Assembly: GCA_964500725.1 (NCBI GenBank)
Contig: CAZCNP010000004.1
Location: 12,139 to 76,138 of the forward strand
Reading direction: 5' to 3'
Origin: an uncultured Gammaproteobacteria bacterium
GTDB lineage: Bacteria; Patescibacteriota; Microgenomatia; Daviesbacterales; UBA10151
Length of the DNA: 64,000 nucleotides
A model generated the notes under the pieces. The model made no database searches, was not told the DNA's origin, and saw only the letters and a program-made list of their open reading frames with translations. Position 1 is the stretch's first letter; each line of letters opens with the position of its first letter. The position numbers were made by a program, and so were the translations under genes. Shown here piece after piece: positions 37,551-47,924 of this stretch.

Positions 37551-39731
37551 TCAAATTGTAAGTGGCTTCATTTCTCCCCAATTAGGACCAATCTTGAGAT
37601 CAACTATTACTGGCACAGAAAGTTTTAGAGCATTTTCCATTTTATCTTTAACCATTTTGGCAGTCTCTTCTACAGATTTAGGATCACATTCAAATAACAG
37701 CTCATCATGAACCTGGAGGATCATCTGACAGGAGTGGCTAGTCGCTAGAGTCGAGAGTCTAGGAGGGGTATTTTCTTGACTCTTGACTCTAGACTCTAGA
37801 CTCTTATCTATTTCCACCATGGCTTTTTTGATCATGTCAGCGCTCGTCCCTTGAATGGGCATATTGACTGCTGCCCTTTCCCCTGCTGCTTTTAAGCTTC
37901 TATTGCCTACCTTTAGTTCTGGAATATATCTTCTTCTGCCCCAGAGAGTTTCTACATAGCCTTTTTCATATCCAAAAGCTAAAGTTTCCTGCATCCATTC
38001 CCTAACTTTGGGAAACTTTAAAAAATACTCAGCAATATATTCTCTGGCCATTTCATAGCTAATACCCAACTGTCTAGATAAAGCATGTGGGCCCTGTCCA
38101 TATAAAGTAGCAAAATTGATTGTTTTTCCTATCATTCTTTGCTGTCTTGTTACCTCATCTATTGGTACATTAAAAATATTGGCAGCAGTTGCAGCATGCA
38201 CATCCAACTCCTGCTCAAAGGCCTTTTTCAAACCTGGATCATCTGCCAAATGTGCCATAATCCTCAGCTCGATTTGGGAATAATCAGCTGCCAGCAAAAT
38301 TTTACCTTTGGGAGCTATAAAAGCTTTTCTAATTTCTCCTCCCATCTCACCTTTAATAGGGATGTTCTGCATGTTCGGATCTTTAGAAGAGAGCCTGCCT
38401 GTGGCTGCCCCTTCTACATTAAAGGTAGAATGGATTCTTCCTTTTTCGTCTGTATACTTTGGCAAAGCATCAATATAGGTGGAAACCAGCTTGAATAGCT
38501 GTCTGTATTCTAAAAGCAAAGGTATTACAGGATGAGCAGCAGATAGTTCATGCAGAGTAGCTTCATCTGTAGAACGGCCTGTTTTAGTCTTTCTTACTAC
38601 TGTTAAATTTAACTCATCAAAAAGTATCTCTGATAACTGCTTTGGACTGTTTATATTAAACTGATGTCCTACTTTTGAGTAAATATCTTGTTCTAAATCA
38701 ACTAATTTATCCTTTAGCTGCTTGCCAAACTTATTTAAAAACTTAAGGTCTATCAATACTCCAGCAGCAGACATTTTTTGCAAAACTTGTTCTACCTGCT
38801 TATCTAATTTAGCTGTCGCTGACAACTCCTCTTTGACAGCAGGCGTTTGATGTGTAAGAGCTGTTCCGCCAGGAATCCTTTCTATTAAGCTTTTAAATTC
38901 TAGCTCCTCAAATAATTTAATAACTTCCTGCTTGTCAAAATCATGCACTATACATTTTTCTAAATCCAAGCTTATAGGGGCTTTTAGATCTAAAGTCGCT
39001 AATTTTTTGCTAAGGGTTGCAGACTCTGCCCCTTCTGCCAATAGAGTCTGCGTTCTTTGGGGCAAAGTCTGTAGATTTTCTGCCTTATAAATTTCCTCTA
39101 CAGTCCCAAATTGGTGTATTAACTTGGTGGCTGTCACCTCTCCAATCCCATTTACCCCAGGAATATTATCTGAAGCATCTCCTGCTAAGCCTTTGTAATC
39201 CACCAGTTGCTTAGGAAAAAAGCCATACTTGGCAACAAATTCTTCTACTCCATACAAACCTACATCGTTAATAGTTTTTTTAGGCATAAATACCTTAATT
39301 TTTTTATCTATAAGCTGCATAATATCCCTATCACCTGTTACTACCACAATCTCTAAATTTTTATCTTTGTCTGCTTGAATAGCTAGTGTGCCAATTAAAT
39401 CATCTGCCTCAAAGCCTGCCAGGCTAAATTCGGGGATATTAAAGGCTTTGACTACTTCATGAACTCTTTTGTATTGGTTGAATAATCCATCATCTGCAGG
39501 ACCTCTAGTGGCTTTATATTGAGTATATGCCTGATGTCTGAAAGTAGGCCCTTTTTCATCCCAGGCAATGGCAATATATTCTGGATGCAGGTCTGAAACT
39601 ACCCGCAAAAGCATGGAAGAAAATCCATAAACAGCATTAACTAACTCCCCTGTTGAGGTAGTAAAAGGAGGTGTAGCATGATATGCCCTGTGAAGCAGGG
39701 CATTTCCATCAACCAAAACCAGTCTTTGCAT
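37551..39731 (-). CDS. polA: DNA polymerase I (5'-3' exonuclease plus polymerase domains)
   Basis: The N-terminus reads LVLVDGNALLHRAYHA. Motif C reads QVHDELLFE. The protein is 726 aa and carries an in-frame repeat-element insertion just before motif C. Confidence 0.95.
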   Translation of the reverse strand: MQRLVLVDGNALLHRAYHATPPFTTSTGELVNAVYGFSSMLLRVVSDLHPEYIAIAWDEKGPTFRHQAYTQYKATRGPADDGLFNQYKRVHEVVKAFNIPEFSLAGFEADDLIGTLAIQADKDKNLEIVVVTGDRDIMQLIDKKIKVFMPKKTINDVGLYGVEEFVAKYGFFPKQLVDYKGLAGDASDNIPGVNGIGEVTATKLIHQFGTVEEIYKAENLQTLPQRTQTLLAEGAESATLSKKLATLDLKAPISLDLEKCIVHDFDKQEVIKLFEELEFKSLIERIPGGTALTHQTPAVKEELSATAKLDKQVEQVLQKMSAAGVLIDLKFLNKFGKQLKDKLVDLEQDIYSKVGHQFNINSPKQLSEILFDELNLTVVRKTKTGRSTDEATLHELSAAHPVIPLLLEYRQLFKLVSTYIDALPKYTDEKGRIHSTFNVEGAATGRLSSKDPNMQNIPIKGEMGGEIRKAFIAPKGKILLAADYSQIELRIMAHLADDPGLKKAFEQELDVHAATAANIFNVPIDEVTRQQRMIGKTINFATLYGQGPHALSRQLGISYEMAREYIAEYFLKFPKVREWMQETLAFGYEKGYVETLWGRRRYIPELKVGNRSLKAAGERAAVNMPIQGTSADMIKKAMVEIDKSLESRVKSQENTPPRLSTLATSHSCQMILQVHDELLFECDPKSVEETAKMVKDKMENALKLSVPVIVDLKIGPNWGEMKPLTI
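37723..37796. repeat. short palindromic repeat element, intragenic in-frame copy within polA
   Basis: The 20-mer matches 34993-35012 exactly. Palindromic arms are built from ctagactc/gagtctag units. The element encodes an extra segment, roughly RVKSQENTPPRLSTLATSHS, in the PolA protein. Confidence 0.7.
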
Positions 39732-39748
39732 GAGGAAATTCTAACATA

Positions 39749-40753
39749 TTATCTAAATAGAGTTTTGGTATATTCTAAGTATTCAGGATAACCATTTTGA
39801 GCCATGTAAAACCACCACTCCACTCCCCAAAGATAGATAGAATCAAAACCAGTTTTTTGGGCGTACAAAACATTACCTTGTAAATCTTTTGCGCTAAATA
39901 ACCTGACTTGCTCATCCAAAGAAGTATCCAAAACCCCTATATTTGTCCAAGGCTCAGCCTGCAACTCAGAGATAAAAATCTTTTGATTGTTTGGAGCAAA
40001 GAGTTTCTTAACTAAGTTTGCTTTTGCTGGATACATCCACACCGGCAAAGGATATGTTATATACAAATTAAATAGCGAGCTGTATGAGCGCCTATATAGG
40101 GATATGCCTAAGATATCAGACAATTTCATTGGGTCTATCCAATCACTCCATTCTCCACTGTCTGTTGTAACTACTGGTCTACTATCCAGCTTTTTTACTA
40201 GATTAATTTCCTCTTGTAAGAATTTTATATCCGGGGTATCACAATTTTCACCAAACCAATAAGCAAATGGCTCATTTTCCACTTGCCAGGCTGAAATTAC
40301 ATCACTAGTTTTATATTTTTCTACTACAGCTTTTATAAACTCTAATACTTTTTGCTGCCTTTGGGTAATAGTTAAATCTTTTGCCCAGGTAGGAATATGA
40401 CACTCTGGCCAGCGAGGCTGTCTGCTGCCTAATACTAAAACTGCTTTCGCCTCTCTTTTACCAGCCTCCTTTATCAAAAAATCTGTCTCTGAAAAATCAT
40501 ATTGGGCTTTTTGGAATTCTATAGTGTCCCAATAACTGGTTAATCTTAAATTCCTCACCTTTAGATCATCCAAAATCTGAGTATAAACTTTTTGCCAATC
40601 CAAGTTTAAATACTTTGCATATCTAGGAGAAAAAGTCACCCCATATTCCACTTTTTGTGAGGAAGAGTATAACTGCTCATAGACTCTCCCTGAAATAAAT
40701 ATACTTACAAGAATAAATAGTGCTACTAGCGCGGAAAAAAAGATTATGCGCAT
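39749..40753 (-). CDS. putative glycoside hydrolase (TIM-barrel, GH5-like)
   Basis: An N-terminal signal or anchor is present. The catalytic-acid context WQVENEP is typical of clan GH-A. Confidence 0.5.
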   Translation of the reverse strand: MRIIFFSALVALFILVSIFISGRVYEQLYSSSQKVEYGVTFSPRYAKYLNLDWQKVYTQILDDLKVRNLRLTSYWDTIEFQKAQYDFSETDFLIKEAGKREAKAVLVLGSRQPRWPECHIPTWAKDLTITQRQQKVLEFIKAVVEKYKTSDVISAWQVENEPFAYWFGENCDTPDIKFLQEEINLVKKLDSRPVVTTDSGEWSDWIDPMKLSDILGISLYRRSYSSLFNLYITYPLPVWMYPAKANLVKKLFAPNNQKIFISELQAEPWTNIGVLDTSLDEQVRLFSAKDLQGNVLYAQKTGFDSIYLWGVEWWFYMAQNGYPEYLEYTKTLFR

Positions 40754-40774
40754 ACACTACTATCATAACTTGTT

Positions 40775-41560
40775 TTGGGAAAGATTGAAAATCTTAGTAT
40801 AATATTACTCATGCAGGCTAAAAAATTAAAAATAGCTTCAATAATCGTTACCTACAACCGTGTTAAAGAGGCTAAAGCCCAAATGGATATAATACGGGAG
40901 CTTTGGCAACCCCGTTTTGAAAGTATTGATATTTATCATGAGTTCAATGGCAGAAGAAATTGGTATAGAGAAAAGTATAAGGAGGATTTTTTACACTATC
41001 ATAAGAAGATGGCACATTTTTTTGGAGCAGGCTATATGTTAAACCAAGGAATACACCATGTTTTAACCTCATCTAAAAAATATGACTATATTATAGTCAC
41101 ATCAGCAGATACCTGGTTTTATGATCCGATCAAATTGAAGAGAATGATATTAACCTGCCATAAGAAAAAGATTCAACTTACTACATCTTTATGGATGGGC
41201 ATAGTCCTGGGAACAGAATTTTTTATCATTACCCCTGAACTGGCGAAAAAAGTTTTTCCCATCAAATTTATTCACACTATCAACAAATATCAATTTATCA
41301 ACTGGGTCCGTCCAGGCAAAATAGCTTTATTTGAAACCCTCTTTACATTACGAGTAATGAGGGTTTTAAAAAATCCGAATAAGATTTATTTAATACCTGG
41401 CCGTAGAACAGTTTGGCCAAGGAATAGATATTGGTCTGCTAATTTTTACGCCTCACATCACGATCGAGCTCAAAGGAAAAAAGATATCTTACCGCAAATC
41501 CACAATGTTCTAGGAAGCAGAATTGAGAAGATGCCAAGCCTCATTAGGTTCCTAGCCTAA
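40775..41560 (+). CDS. hypothetical protein, possible GT-A glycosyltransferase
   Basis: The segment ASIIVTYNR resembles the GT2 N-terminal motif. The start is probably the internal MQAKK. Confidence 0.35.
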   Translation: MGKIENLSIILLMQAKKLKIASIIVTYNRVKEAKAQMDIIRELWQPRFESIDIYHEFNGRRNWYREKYKEDFLHYHKKMAHFFGAGYMLNQGIHHVLTSSKKYDYIIVTSADTWFYDPIKLKRMILTCHKKKIQLTTSLWMGIVLGTEFFIITPELAKKVFPIKFIHTINKYQFINWVRPGKIALFETLFTLRVMRVLKNPNKIYLIPGRRTVWPRNRYWSANFYASHHDRAQRKKDILPQIHNVLGSRIEKMPSLIRFLA

Positions 41561-41569
41561 AACCGAGCT

Positions 41570-42328
41570 TTAGCGCTTGGGTTTGGTAAAATGCCCAAAT
41601 TCATATTCAACTCGGCTTCTTCTAAAACCATGCACTAGTAAATTAAACCCAAACATAATCATCTTTAAAGCATATTTTCTCCTGCCTTCTTGCTCAATTC
41701 GTCTAGTAGAAGTATACAATTTAACGCTTTTCAGAAAAAGCAACTCACCGCCAATACTGACAATTTTATTAACTATATGCGAATCCTCGCCCACCGCAAT
41801 CTCTTCATCAAAGCCACCGACTTTATTAAAAATTGCGCGTTTTATATATAAATTTCTGGCAGTAATAACAGGAAAAAAATATTTGGAAGCTCGAAAGAGT
41901 AAATCTTCAGTTGTAAAATAAATTGAATCTTTCCAATGTTTGGTATCAGGCAAATTGGAGGCTGCAGCCACATCAGGTTTTCTTGTTAATACCTCATTAA
42001 AATATTTTTCCAGAGCATTTTTTTCTCTTAACTCCATATCCGCATCAAGAAATAACAGATGAGGAGAGATAGTTTTTTTGACTCCGAAATTGCGCTGTCT
42101 GGCAACGGTATATTTAGAAATCCGGAAATACTGCAAACTTGGCATATTCATTTGCCTTTTTTTAATTTCAGCAATAGTTTTATCTTTTGAATATGCATCC
42201 ACCACCACCAGTTGCTGAGGTATAACTGTCTGACTGGCAATAGAATCAAGCAGCCTGCCTATAAAACGTTCCTCATTTAAAGCAGGAATAATTACGGCAA
42301 GATCAATTATGGTTTTAGAATAAGACAT
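41570..42328 (-). CDS. glycosyltransferase family 2
   Basis: The GT2 signatures VIIPALNEE, DADME (DxD) and a later ED motif are present. Confidence 0.8.
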   Translation of the reverse strand: MSYSKTIIDLAVIIPALNEERFIGRLLDSIASQTVIPQQLVVVDAYSKDKTIAEIKKRQMNMPSLQYFRISKYTVARQRNFGVKKTISPHLLFLDADMELREKNALEKYFNEVLTRKPDVAAASNLPDTKHWKDSIYFTTEDLLFRASKYFFPVITARNLYIKRAIFNKVGGFDEEIAVGEDSHIVNKIVSIGGELLFLKSVKLYTSTRRIEQEGRRKYALKMIMFGFNLLVHGFRRSRVEYEFGHFTKPKR

Positions 42329-42984
42329 TTTTGGACTCTTTCCGAAAGCACAGTTTTTTCCACTTCATTTAAAGCCGAGGACGAAGCTTCTTTAGCTAAA
42401 AAAGCACAGCTTTGCAATTGATATTTGCTAATCTTATCAGTCAAATGTGGTTTACTCAACTCAGTTAATTTATCAATTAGCTCTTTGTTCCATAAAGAAA
42501 CCCTGTTGACAGTAGATCTAATAGCCATTCTAGCCCGTTTATCTGAAACCTGATTGTAGATTGATTGCAACACACTCATTTGCTCATTTATTCTCCCTGT
42601 TACCTTCTCTATAGCTACCTCGTCTCTGATATTAATCATGCCTTTTAACTCTTGCAGGTGAAATAAATAGCGAATAAGAGTTGGTTCAATCAAATCCTGA
42701 CGAGCTTCAACTAAGCTTTTTGCCTCTCTTATTCTACGTGTGGCAAATTCCATTTGTCTGTAAGCTTTAATTTGACCGTTTCCAGCAAATTGCAGTTCAA
42801 ATATTTCCCTGACTGATTTTAAAAAATATAAAGGTGAAGCTGGAGTAATCTTTGACTCACCAATTGAATCAACTTGGGCATAAGCTGGAGTAATGTAAAA
42901 TGTAAAATGTAAAATGTAAAATGTAAAAAGCAGTAAAACCAATCTAATTGTAAATTGTACATTGTAAATTGTAAATTTTCTCAT
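42307..42984 (-). CDS. secreted hypothetical protein (DUF5667-like)
   Basis: A signal peptide is present. The motif SPLYFLKSVRE is typical of a family common in Patescibacteria. The 5' end of the gene contains heptamer tandem repeats. Confidence 0.4.
   Translation of the reverse strand: MRKFTIYNVQFTIRLVLLLFTFYILHFTFYITPAYAQVDSIGESKITPASPLYFLKSVREIFELQFAGNGQIKAYRQMEFATRRIREAKSLVEARQDLIEPTLIRYLFHLQELKGMINIRDEVAIEKVTGRINEQMSVLQSIYNQVSDKRARMAIRSTVNRVSLWNKELIDKLTELSKPHLTDKISKYQLQSCAFLAKEASSSALNEVEKTVLSERVQKCLILKP
42893..42977. repeat. heptamer tandem arrays (ATGTAAA)x5 and (ATTGTAA)x4
   Basis: The sequence runs aatgtaaaatgtaaaatgtaaaatgtaaaatgtaaaa ... attgtaaattgtacattgtaaattgtaaatt. It overlaps the signal-peptide codons of the 42307..42984 gene and lies downstream of the ABC exporter gene. 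Confidence 0.85.
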
Positions 42985-42994
42985 TACCCCTATT

Positions 42995-44779
42995 CTATCC
43001 TTTTAGTTCGTTTTGGGCAACAATTTTGGCATAAACCCCCTGTTTTGCAAGTAATTGGGCATGTGTCCCATGTTCAACTATTTTACCCTTCTCCATCACC
43101 AATATTTGGTCTGCGTTTTTTACAGTCGAGAGTCTATGAGCAATAATAACTTTGGTAAAAGAACGCTCTACTGATAGATCTTTTAAAGCTTGCTGAATCA
43201 GGCTTTCAGAATGTATATCTAAATGAGAAGTAGGTTCATCCATAATTAATATTTTTGGCTGAGGAAACAAAGACCTGGCTATTGCCAACCTTTGTCTTTG
43301 CCCACCTGATAATTTAACTCCCCTTTCCCCTATTTGAGTTTGATACCCTTGAGGAAGTTCAGCAATAAATTCATCTGCATATGCTAGCCTTGCAGCCTGA
43401 AAAACCTTTTGCTTAACATCAGAAAACTCTACTTTGCCTGCTCCATAAGAAATGATTTCCCAAACTTTTCTGTTTTGGACTGGAGAATCCTGAAAAACTA
43501 CTGAAGTTTGGCCTCTGTAACAATCTAGCTCTAAATCTTTTAAATTATATTTACCGTCAATAACTATTTGGCCCACTTGAGGGTCATAATACCTGCTTAA
43601 AAGTTTGGCGATGGTGGTTTTCCCAGAACCAGATTTACCCACCAAAGCTGTAAAAGAACCTGCAGGAATAGTAAAGCTGACATTTTTTAGGACTCCTTTT
43701 TTCTTATATGCAAAAGTTACATGTTTAAAACTGATTCTCCCTGCAATATCTACTGTAAGCGCACCGGGACTATTAACAATACTGGGCTTTTGAGACAGCA
43801 AGGAGATTACCCTATCCACTGGCTCAGAGGCATCAATCGCTCTTTCATAAATCCAGCCCAATTGAAAAATATTGGAATAGGCTCTTTCAGTTAAAGAAAT
43901 TAAAAACACCAAGCTTCCTACAGTTATTAATCCCAACCTAATTTCATAAATACCTACTATCAAAAGCACGGCATACATAAATTCTATGCTCAAACTCCTT
44001 AAAAACCCATTGATCATATGCAACCTAAACTCTTTTACGGAAAAAGCTTTAATCTCGTCCCAAATTGAGGAGAAGGTTTTGGCCTCCCTGTCTTCTTGAG
44101 CAAAAGCTTTTACTACTGTAATATTTGTCAGCGTATCCCCTATCTCACCTGAGGAGGTTTCATAAGCATTATGACGCGCCTCCCTAAATTTATGAGTAGT
44201 TTGATAAGTCTTGAACATATTTATAATGAAAGGGATTAAAGAAAGAGTAAAAATAATTCCAAAAATCCAGTTAACAAAAATCATCAACACTCCACTAACA
44301 ATAAGTTGGATTACCACAGGTTGAAAACTCCAACCATAGGTGGCTAAAAGATCAATTAATTTATCCCTTCCTTTGTTAACAATATTGATTTTATTACCAG
44401 TATTTTCTCTTTCATGGTAATCCAAAGAAAGCTGCAACATCTTATTAAAAGTTTGCCTGGAGACATATTGCTCAGACTTCCATAGAAGCCTTACCAAAAC
44501 AATATCTATTAAGTAATCAATGATCAAAGATAAAATCCTGATTCCTATTAAGCCTCCAATTACCAAAGCTGCTGATTTAAAAGTTAAAAGACCTTTGGTA
44601 GAAATTAACAGATCCAGTATTTTTCCAAAAAGGTATGGGGCTATCATCCTGACTATTTGGAAAATTACAGTTATGAAGACAATAGAATAGAAATCCCTAC
44701 GAAAGGGCTTCATCAAAAGCCATATTTTTTGTAATACATTCATTCTCTTTGATCGTAACATATCTTCCTCTCTTACCAT
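42995..44779 (-). CDS. ABC transporter, fused permease/ATP-binding protein (exporter type)
   Basis: A 6-TM N-terminal domain is followed by the Walker A GKSGSGKTT, the ABC signature LSGGQRQRLAIARSL and the Walker B ILIMDEPTS. Confidence 0.9.
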   Translation of the reverse strand: MVREEDMLRSKRMNVLQKIWLLMKPFRRDFYSIVFITVIFQIVRMIAPYLFGKILDLLISTKGLLTFKSAALVIGGLIGIRILSLIIDYLIDIVLVRLLWKSEQYVSRQTFNKMLQLSLDYHERENTGNKINIVNKGRDKLIDLLATYGWSFQPVVIQLIVSGVLMIFVNWIFGIIFTLSLIPFIINMFKTYQTTHKFREARHNAYETSSGEIGDTLTNITVVKAFAQEDREAKTFSSIWDEIKAFSVKEFRLHMINGFLRSLSIEFMYAVLLIVGIYEIRLGLITVGSLVFLISLTERAYSNIFQLGWIYERAIDASEPVDRVISLLSQKPSIVNSPGALTVDIAGRISFKHVTFAYKKKGVLKNVSFTIPAGSFTALVGKSGSGKTTIAKLLSRYYDPQVGQIVIDGKYNLKDLELDCYRGQTSVVFQDSPVQNRKVWEIISYGAGKVEFSDVKQKVFQAARLAYADEFIAELPQGYQTQIGERGVKLSGGQRQRLAIARSLFPQPKILIMDEPTSHLDIHSESLIQQALKDLSVERSFTKVIIAHRLSTVKNADQILVMEKGKIVEHGTHAQLLAKQGVYAKIVAQNELKG

Positions 44780-44780
44780 T

Positions 44781-44812
44781 AAAAAACCAGCCTGCTTAAG
44801 CTGGTTTCCATA
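44781..44812 (-). terminator. hairpin plus U-tract (minus-strand terminator/attenuator) just upstream of the ABC exporter start
   Basis: The stem accagc/gctggt (aaaccagcctgcttaagctggttt) is followed on the minus strand by TTTTTT. Confidence 0.4.
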
Positions 44813-44814
44813 AT

Positions 44815-44846
44815 TTTAAATTGTAAATTATAAATTTTAAATTTCT
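44815..44846. repeat. TGTAAAT-like heptamer repeat tract
   Basis: The tract ttttaaattgtaaattataaattttaaattt is related to the array at 42947-42977. It sits on the other side of the ABC exporter gene. Confidence 0.6.
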
Positions 44847-45111
44847 TCCATTTTTAGTTTAAAAGTTATGGAAATTCCCCTCGCTTGAAGAGAAAAACCA
44901 GCGAAAATATTTAACTTAGGTACGTGTATTGCCATATACAGGTTGATTTCCAACTTTGGTTTGAGGGAAACTGGCCAAGAAGGAGTTTAAACCTTTTGAG
45001 TACAAATTGTCAACTTTTGCTACAATCAAACTAATGGCCATAATTTACACTAAGCATGCAAACGAAATGTTAGTTGTTAGGGACATCAATAAAAAGTAAA
45101 ATACAATAACT

Positions 45112-45345
45112 ATGAAAATCTCTTATGATAAAAAAATAGATGCCATGTATATTTACCTGACCTCTAACAAAAAGCGGATTACTGAAACTAAAGAGTTAGA
45201 TGATGGTTGGATTGCTGACTATGCTGGTGAAGAACTAGTAGGGATCGAAATTCTTGATGCCTCTAAAGTTTTAGGATCAAAATTGGGGCTGAAATCAACT
45301 AATAAGTCAAATTATACTGCAGCTATCCCCCACAAAATCCGCTAA
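45112..45345 (+). CDS. DUF2283-like small protein
   Basis: The N-terminus KISYDKKIDAMYIYL matches the YDxexDalYI pattern. Confidence 0.55.
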   Translation: MKISYDKKIDAMYIYLTSNKKRITETKELDDGWIADYAGEELVGIEILDASKVLGSKLGLKSTNKSNYTAAIPHKIR

Positions 45346-45364
45346 AAAGCATTGTATGATTTAT

Positions 45365-45589
45365 TTAGAAATGCAACCCTGGCATTATGCCATTTCTTTC
45401 AATATCTTCAGTATTTTCTGCTGCTGTTCTAGATTGCGCTAACATTGCTGCATAATCCTTTTTCTCTGATCTGGCTAAAATAGCTGCCAATGGCACAGAT
45501 AGAATTAAAGCGCCTACTGCAGCTATACCTATTCTGGGTAAAAGCGGTCCGAGGGCTTGCCTATTAGAAGAAGCATCTACTGAAAACAC
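45365..45589 (-). CDS. hypothetical small protein
   Basis: A 74-aa ORF that may be spurious. Confidence 0.2.
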   Translation of the reverse strand: MFSVDASSNRQALGPLLPRIGIAAVGALILSVPLAAILARSEKKDYAAMLAQSRTAAENTEDIERNGIMPGLHF

Positions 45590-45718
45590 AAATTCATATA
45601 AACCAAGGATTGTAGCAATCTTCTAAACTTAGATTTAACTTCTTAAATAACTCAACGCTGCAAAGATCATTTCAGATTGTTTTTTACTGGTGATAGTAGC
45701 TATTTTATTCATGCAAGG

Positions 45719-47563
45719 CTACTTCTTTTTTCCTACTATTTTTTCAAACTCATCAGATTCCAGGGTCTCTTTCTCTAGAAGTTGCTTGGCAACAGCATCA
45801 AGCTTTGTTTTATATTTTCTGAGTAAAGCTTGGGCTTGAGAATAACCCGCATCCATAATCTTTTTTATCTCTGCATCTACTGCGTCATGCATTTTTGGAG
45901 ACATCTCTCCTCCCTCATCCATCCCTCTCCATATCCCAAACATTGGCCTTGGGTTTATACTAAGAGGGCCTAAAGAGGACATTCCATATTGAGTTACCAT
46001 TGCTCTGGCAATATTGGTCGCAACTTCGATATCAGAAGCTGCTCCGGTAGAAATATCTTTAAATATTAAGTTTTCAGCTGCCTGCCCACCTAAGGCAGCA
46101 GTAATTTGCTCCACCAAACGGGATTTGCTTTCGTTTGACCTATCCTCTGTGGGAGGGAATAATGTGTGTCCCCCAGACATACCTCTGGAAACAATAGAAA
46201 TACGGTGGACTGGATCAACATTTTTCAAAAAGTGGCCAACAACAGCATGCCCTGCCTCATGGTAAGCTGCCAATTTTCTATCACGCTCAGACTGCATCCT
46301 CTTTCTTTGTGGACCTAATTTTTCCTTTGTTGCAGCTTCTTCCAAATCTTTATTATCTATGGCAGTTTTACCTTCCCTGGCTGCTAAAATTGCTGCCTCA
46401 TTTAGCATATTAGCCAAATCTGCTCCGGAAAACCCTACAGTTCTTCTGGCTAGTTTTTCAGTTGAAACTTCTTTGGTAAAAGGTTTACCCTTCATATGCA
46501 GTTCAATAATGGCTTTTCTTTCCTGCAAATCAGGCAAAGACAGCATCACTCGCCTGTCAAAACGCCCTGGCCTTATCAACGCTGCATCTAGCAAATCTGG
46601 CCTATTCGTAGCAGCAATAATAATCACCCGATCATTAGGAGTAAACCCGTCCATTTCCACTAAAATCTGATTTAAGGTTTGCTCTCTTTCATCATGTCCT
46701 CCAGAAATTCCCATACCTCTTTGTCTACCAATTGATTCAATCTCATCCACAAAAATAATAGCTGGGGCTGCCTTTTTGGCCTGGGCAAACATATCCCTAA
46801 CCCTAGCTGCTCCAACTCCAACTAACATTTCCATAAACTCTGACCCTGCTATAGAGAAAAATGGCACTCCAGCCTCCCCTGCTATTGCGCGCGCCAATAA
46901 AGTCTTTCCAACACCCGCCGGACCAACTAAAAGCACTCCTCTTGGGATTCTGGCTCCTAAAGCCTTAAATTTATCTGGGGTTTTAAGAAATTCCACTATC
47001 TCAGAAAGCTCTTTTTTGGCTTCTTCTGCTCCTGCTACATCTGTAAACTTGATTTGTGGCTGGTCTTTAGTAAACAACCTGGCTCTGCTTTGGGCAAAGG
47101 AAAAAATACCCTGGGCTCCTTCCCTGGCATTCCTAAAAAGCAAAAACATCAGTCCCACCAGTATCAAAATTGGCAAAACTGCTGATAAAATCCCAATCCA
47201 AGCCTGCTGTAAAGACAGGTCTTTCACTTCAATAGTCACAGTTTTGGGATCTACCCCTGAGGATTCCAATATTTTATAAATTGATTCTCCAGCTTCTTTA
47301 CGAGATATAAGCTTTTGATCAGAACCTTTTACCTCAGCTGTAATTTTATCCCCTTCTAAAGAGATCTTTTGGACTTTTCCTTCTTTGACATCAGAAACTA
47401 TTTGAGAAATAGGAACTTCATTGCTTAAAGAGGTGGAAGGACTCCCTGAAACTTGGTAGAAGAAAATCAAGGCAGCCACAGCAATTAGGATATAAACAAT
47501 CAAGCCCTTAAAAATGGAAAAGAATTTTTTATTTAGGTTAATTTTCCTCTTGCCATTTGCCAT
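45719..47563 (-). CDS. ftsH: ATP-dependent zinc metalloprotease FtsH
   Basis: A transmembrane N-terminus is followed by the AAA Walker [24 protein letters not shown], an SRH region and the zinc motif HEAGHAVV. Confidence 0.95.
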   Translation of the reverse strand: MANGKRKINLNKKFFSIFKGLIVYILIAVAALIFFYQVSGSPSTSLSNEVPISQIVSDVKEGKVQKISLEGDKITAEVKGSDQKLISRKEAGESIYKILESSGVDPKTVTIEVKDLSLQQAWIGILSAVLPILILVGLMFLLFRNAREGAQGIFSFAQSRARLFTKDQPQIKFTDVAGAEEAKKELSEIVEFLKTPDKFKALGARIPRGVLLVGPAGVGKTLLARAIAGEAGVPFFSIAGSEFMEMLVGVGAARVRDMFAQAKKAAPAIIFVDEIESIGRQRGMGISGGHDEREQTLNQILVEMDGFTPNDRVIIIAATNRPDLLDAALIRPGRFDRRVMLSLPDLQERKAIIELHMKGKPFTKEVSTEKLARRTVGFSGADLANMLNEAAILAAREGKTAIDNKDLEEAATKEKLGPQRKRMQSERDRKLAAYHEAGHAVVGHFLKNVDPVHRISIVSRGMSGGHTLFPPTEDRSNESKSRLVEQITAALGGQAAENLIFKDISTGAASDIEVATNIARAMVTQYGMSSLGPLSINPRPMFGIWRGMDEGGEMSPKMHDAVDAEIKKIMDAGYSQAQALLRKYKTKLDAVAKQLLEKETLESDEFEKIVGKKK

Positions 47564-47603
47564 AATACCGGCAATTTTAGCACACTGGAGGTTAAATCGC
47601 TAG

Positions 47604-47924
47604 CTACCGGATTTTTGATCCTGGAGGAACTTTTTGGGATGGTTTTAGGAAAATAGGTTTGTTGTTATCTGCGCACAAAATCATCCCTTGAGACTCTAAA
47701 CCCATCATCATCCTTGGTTCTAAATTAGCTACCACAACCGCTTGTTTGCCTTTCAAATCTTCGCTCTTATACCATTGTTTTATGCCTGCCAGAATCTGTC
47801 TAGGTTGTTCTTCCCCTAAATCCACCTTTAGTTTAATTAGTTTCTCAGATCCTTCTATATCCTCTGCCTCCAGAACAGTACCAACTTTTAATTCAACCTT
47901 GGCAAAGTCTTCTATTGCAATCAT
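47604..47924 (-). CDS. tRNA-binding domain protein (CsaA / EMAP-II-like)
   Basis: The segment FAKVELKVGTVLEAE is typical of the OB-fold tRNA-binding domain. Confidence 0.7.
   Translation of the reverse strand: MIAIEDFAKVELKVGTVLEAEDIEGSEKLIKLKVDLGEEQPRQILAGIKQWYKSEDLKGKQAVVVANLEPRMMMGLESQGMILCADNNKPIFLKPSQKVPPGSKIR

Noticed and set aside
43121-43140. 13-nt match (agtcgagagtcta) inside the ABC exporter gene to the polA palindromic element
   Set aside because: The match is too short, and it lacks the flanking 20-mer and the palindromic partner arm. It is probably chance.
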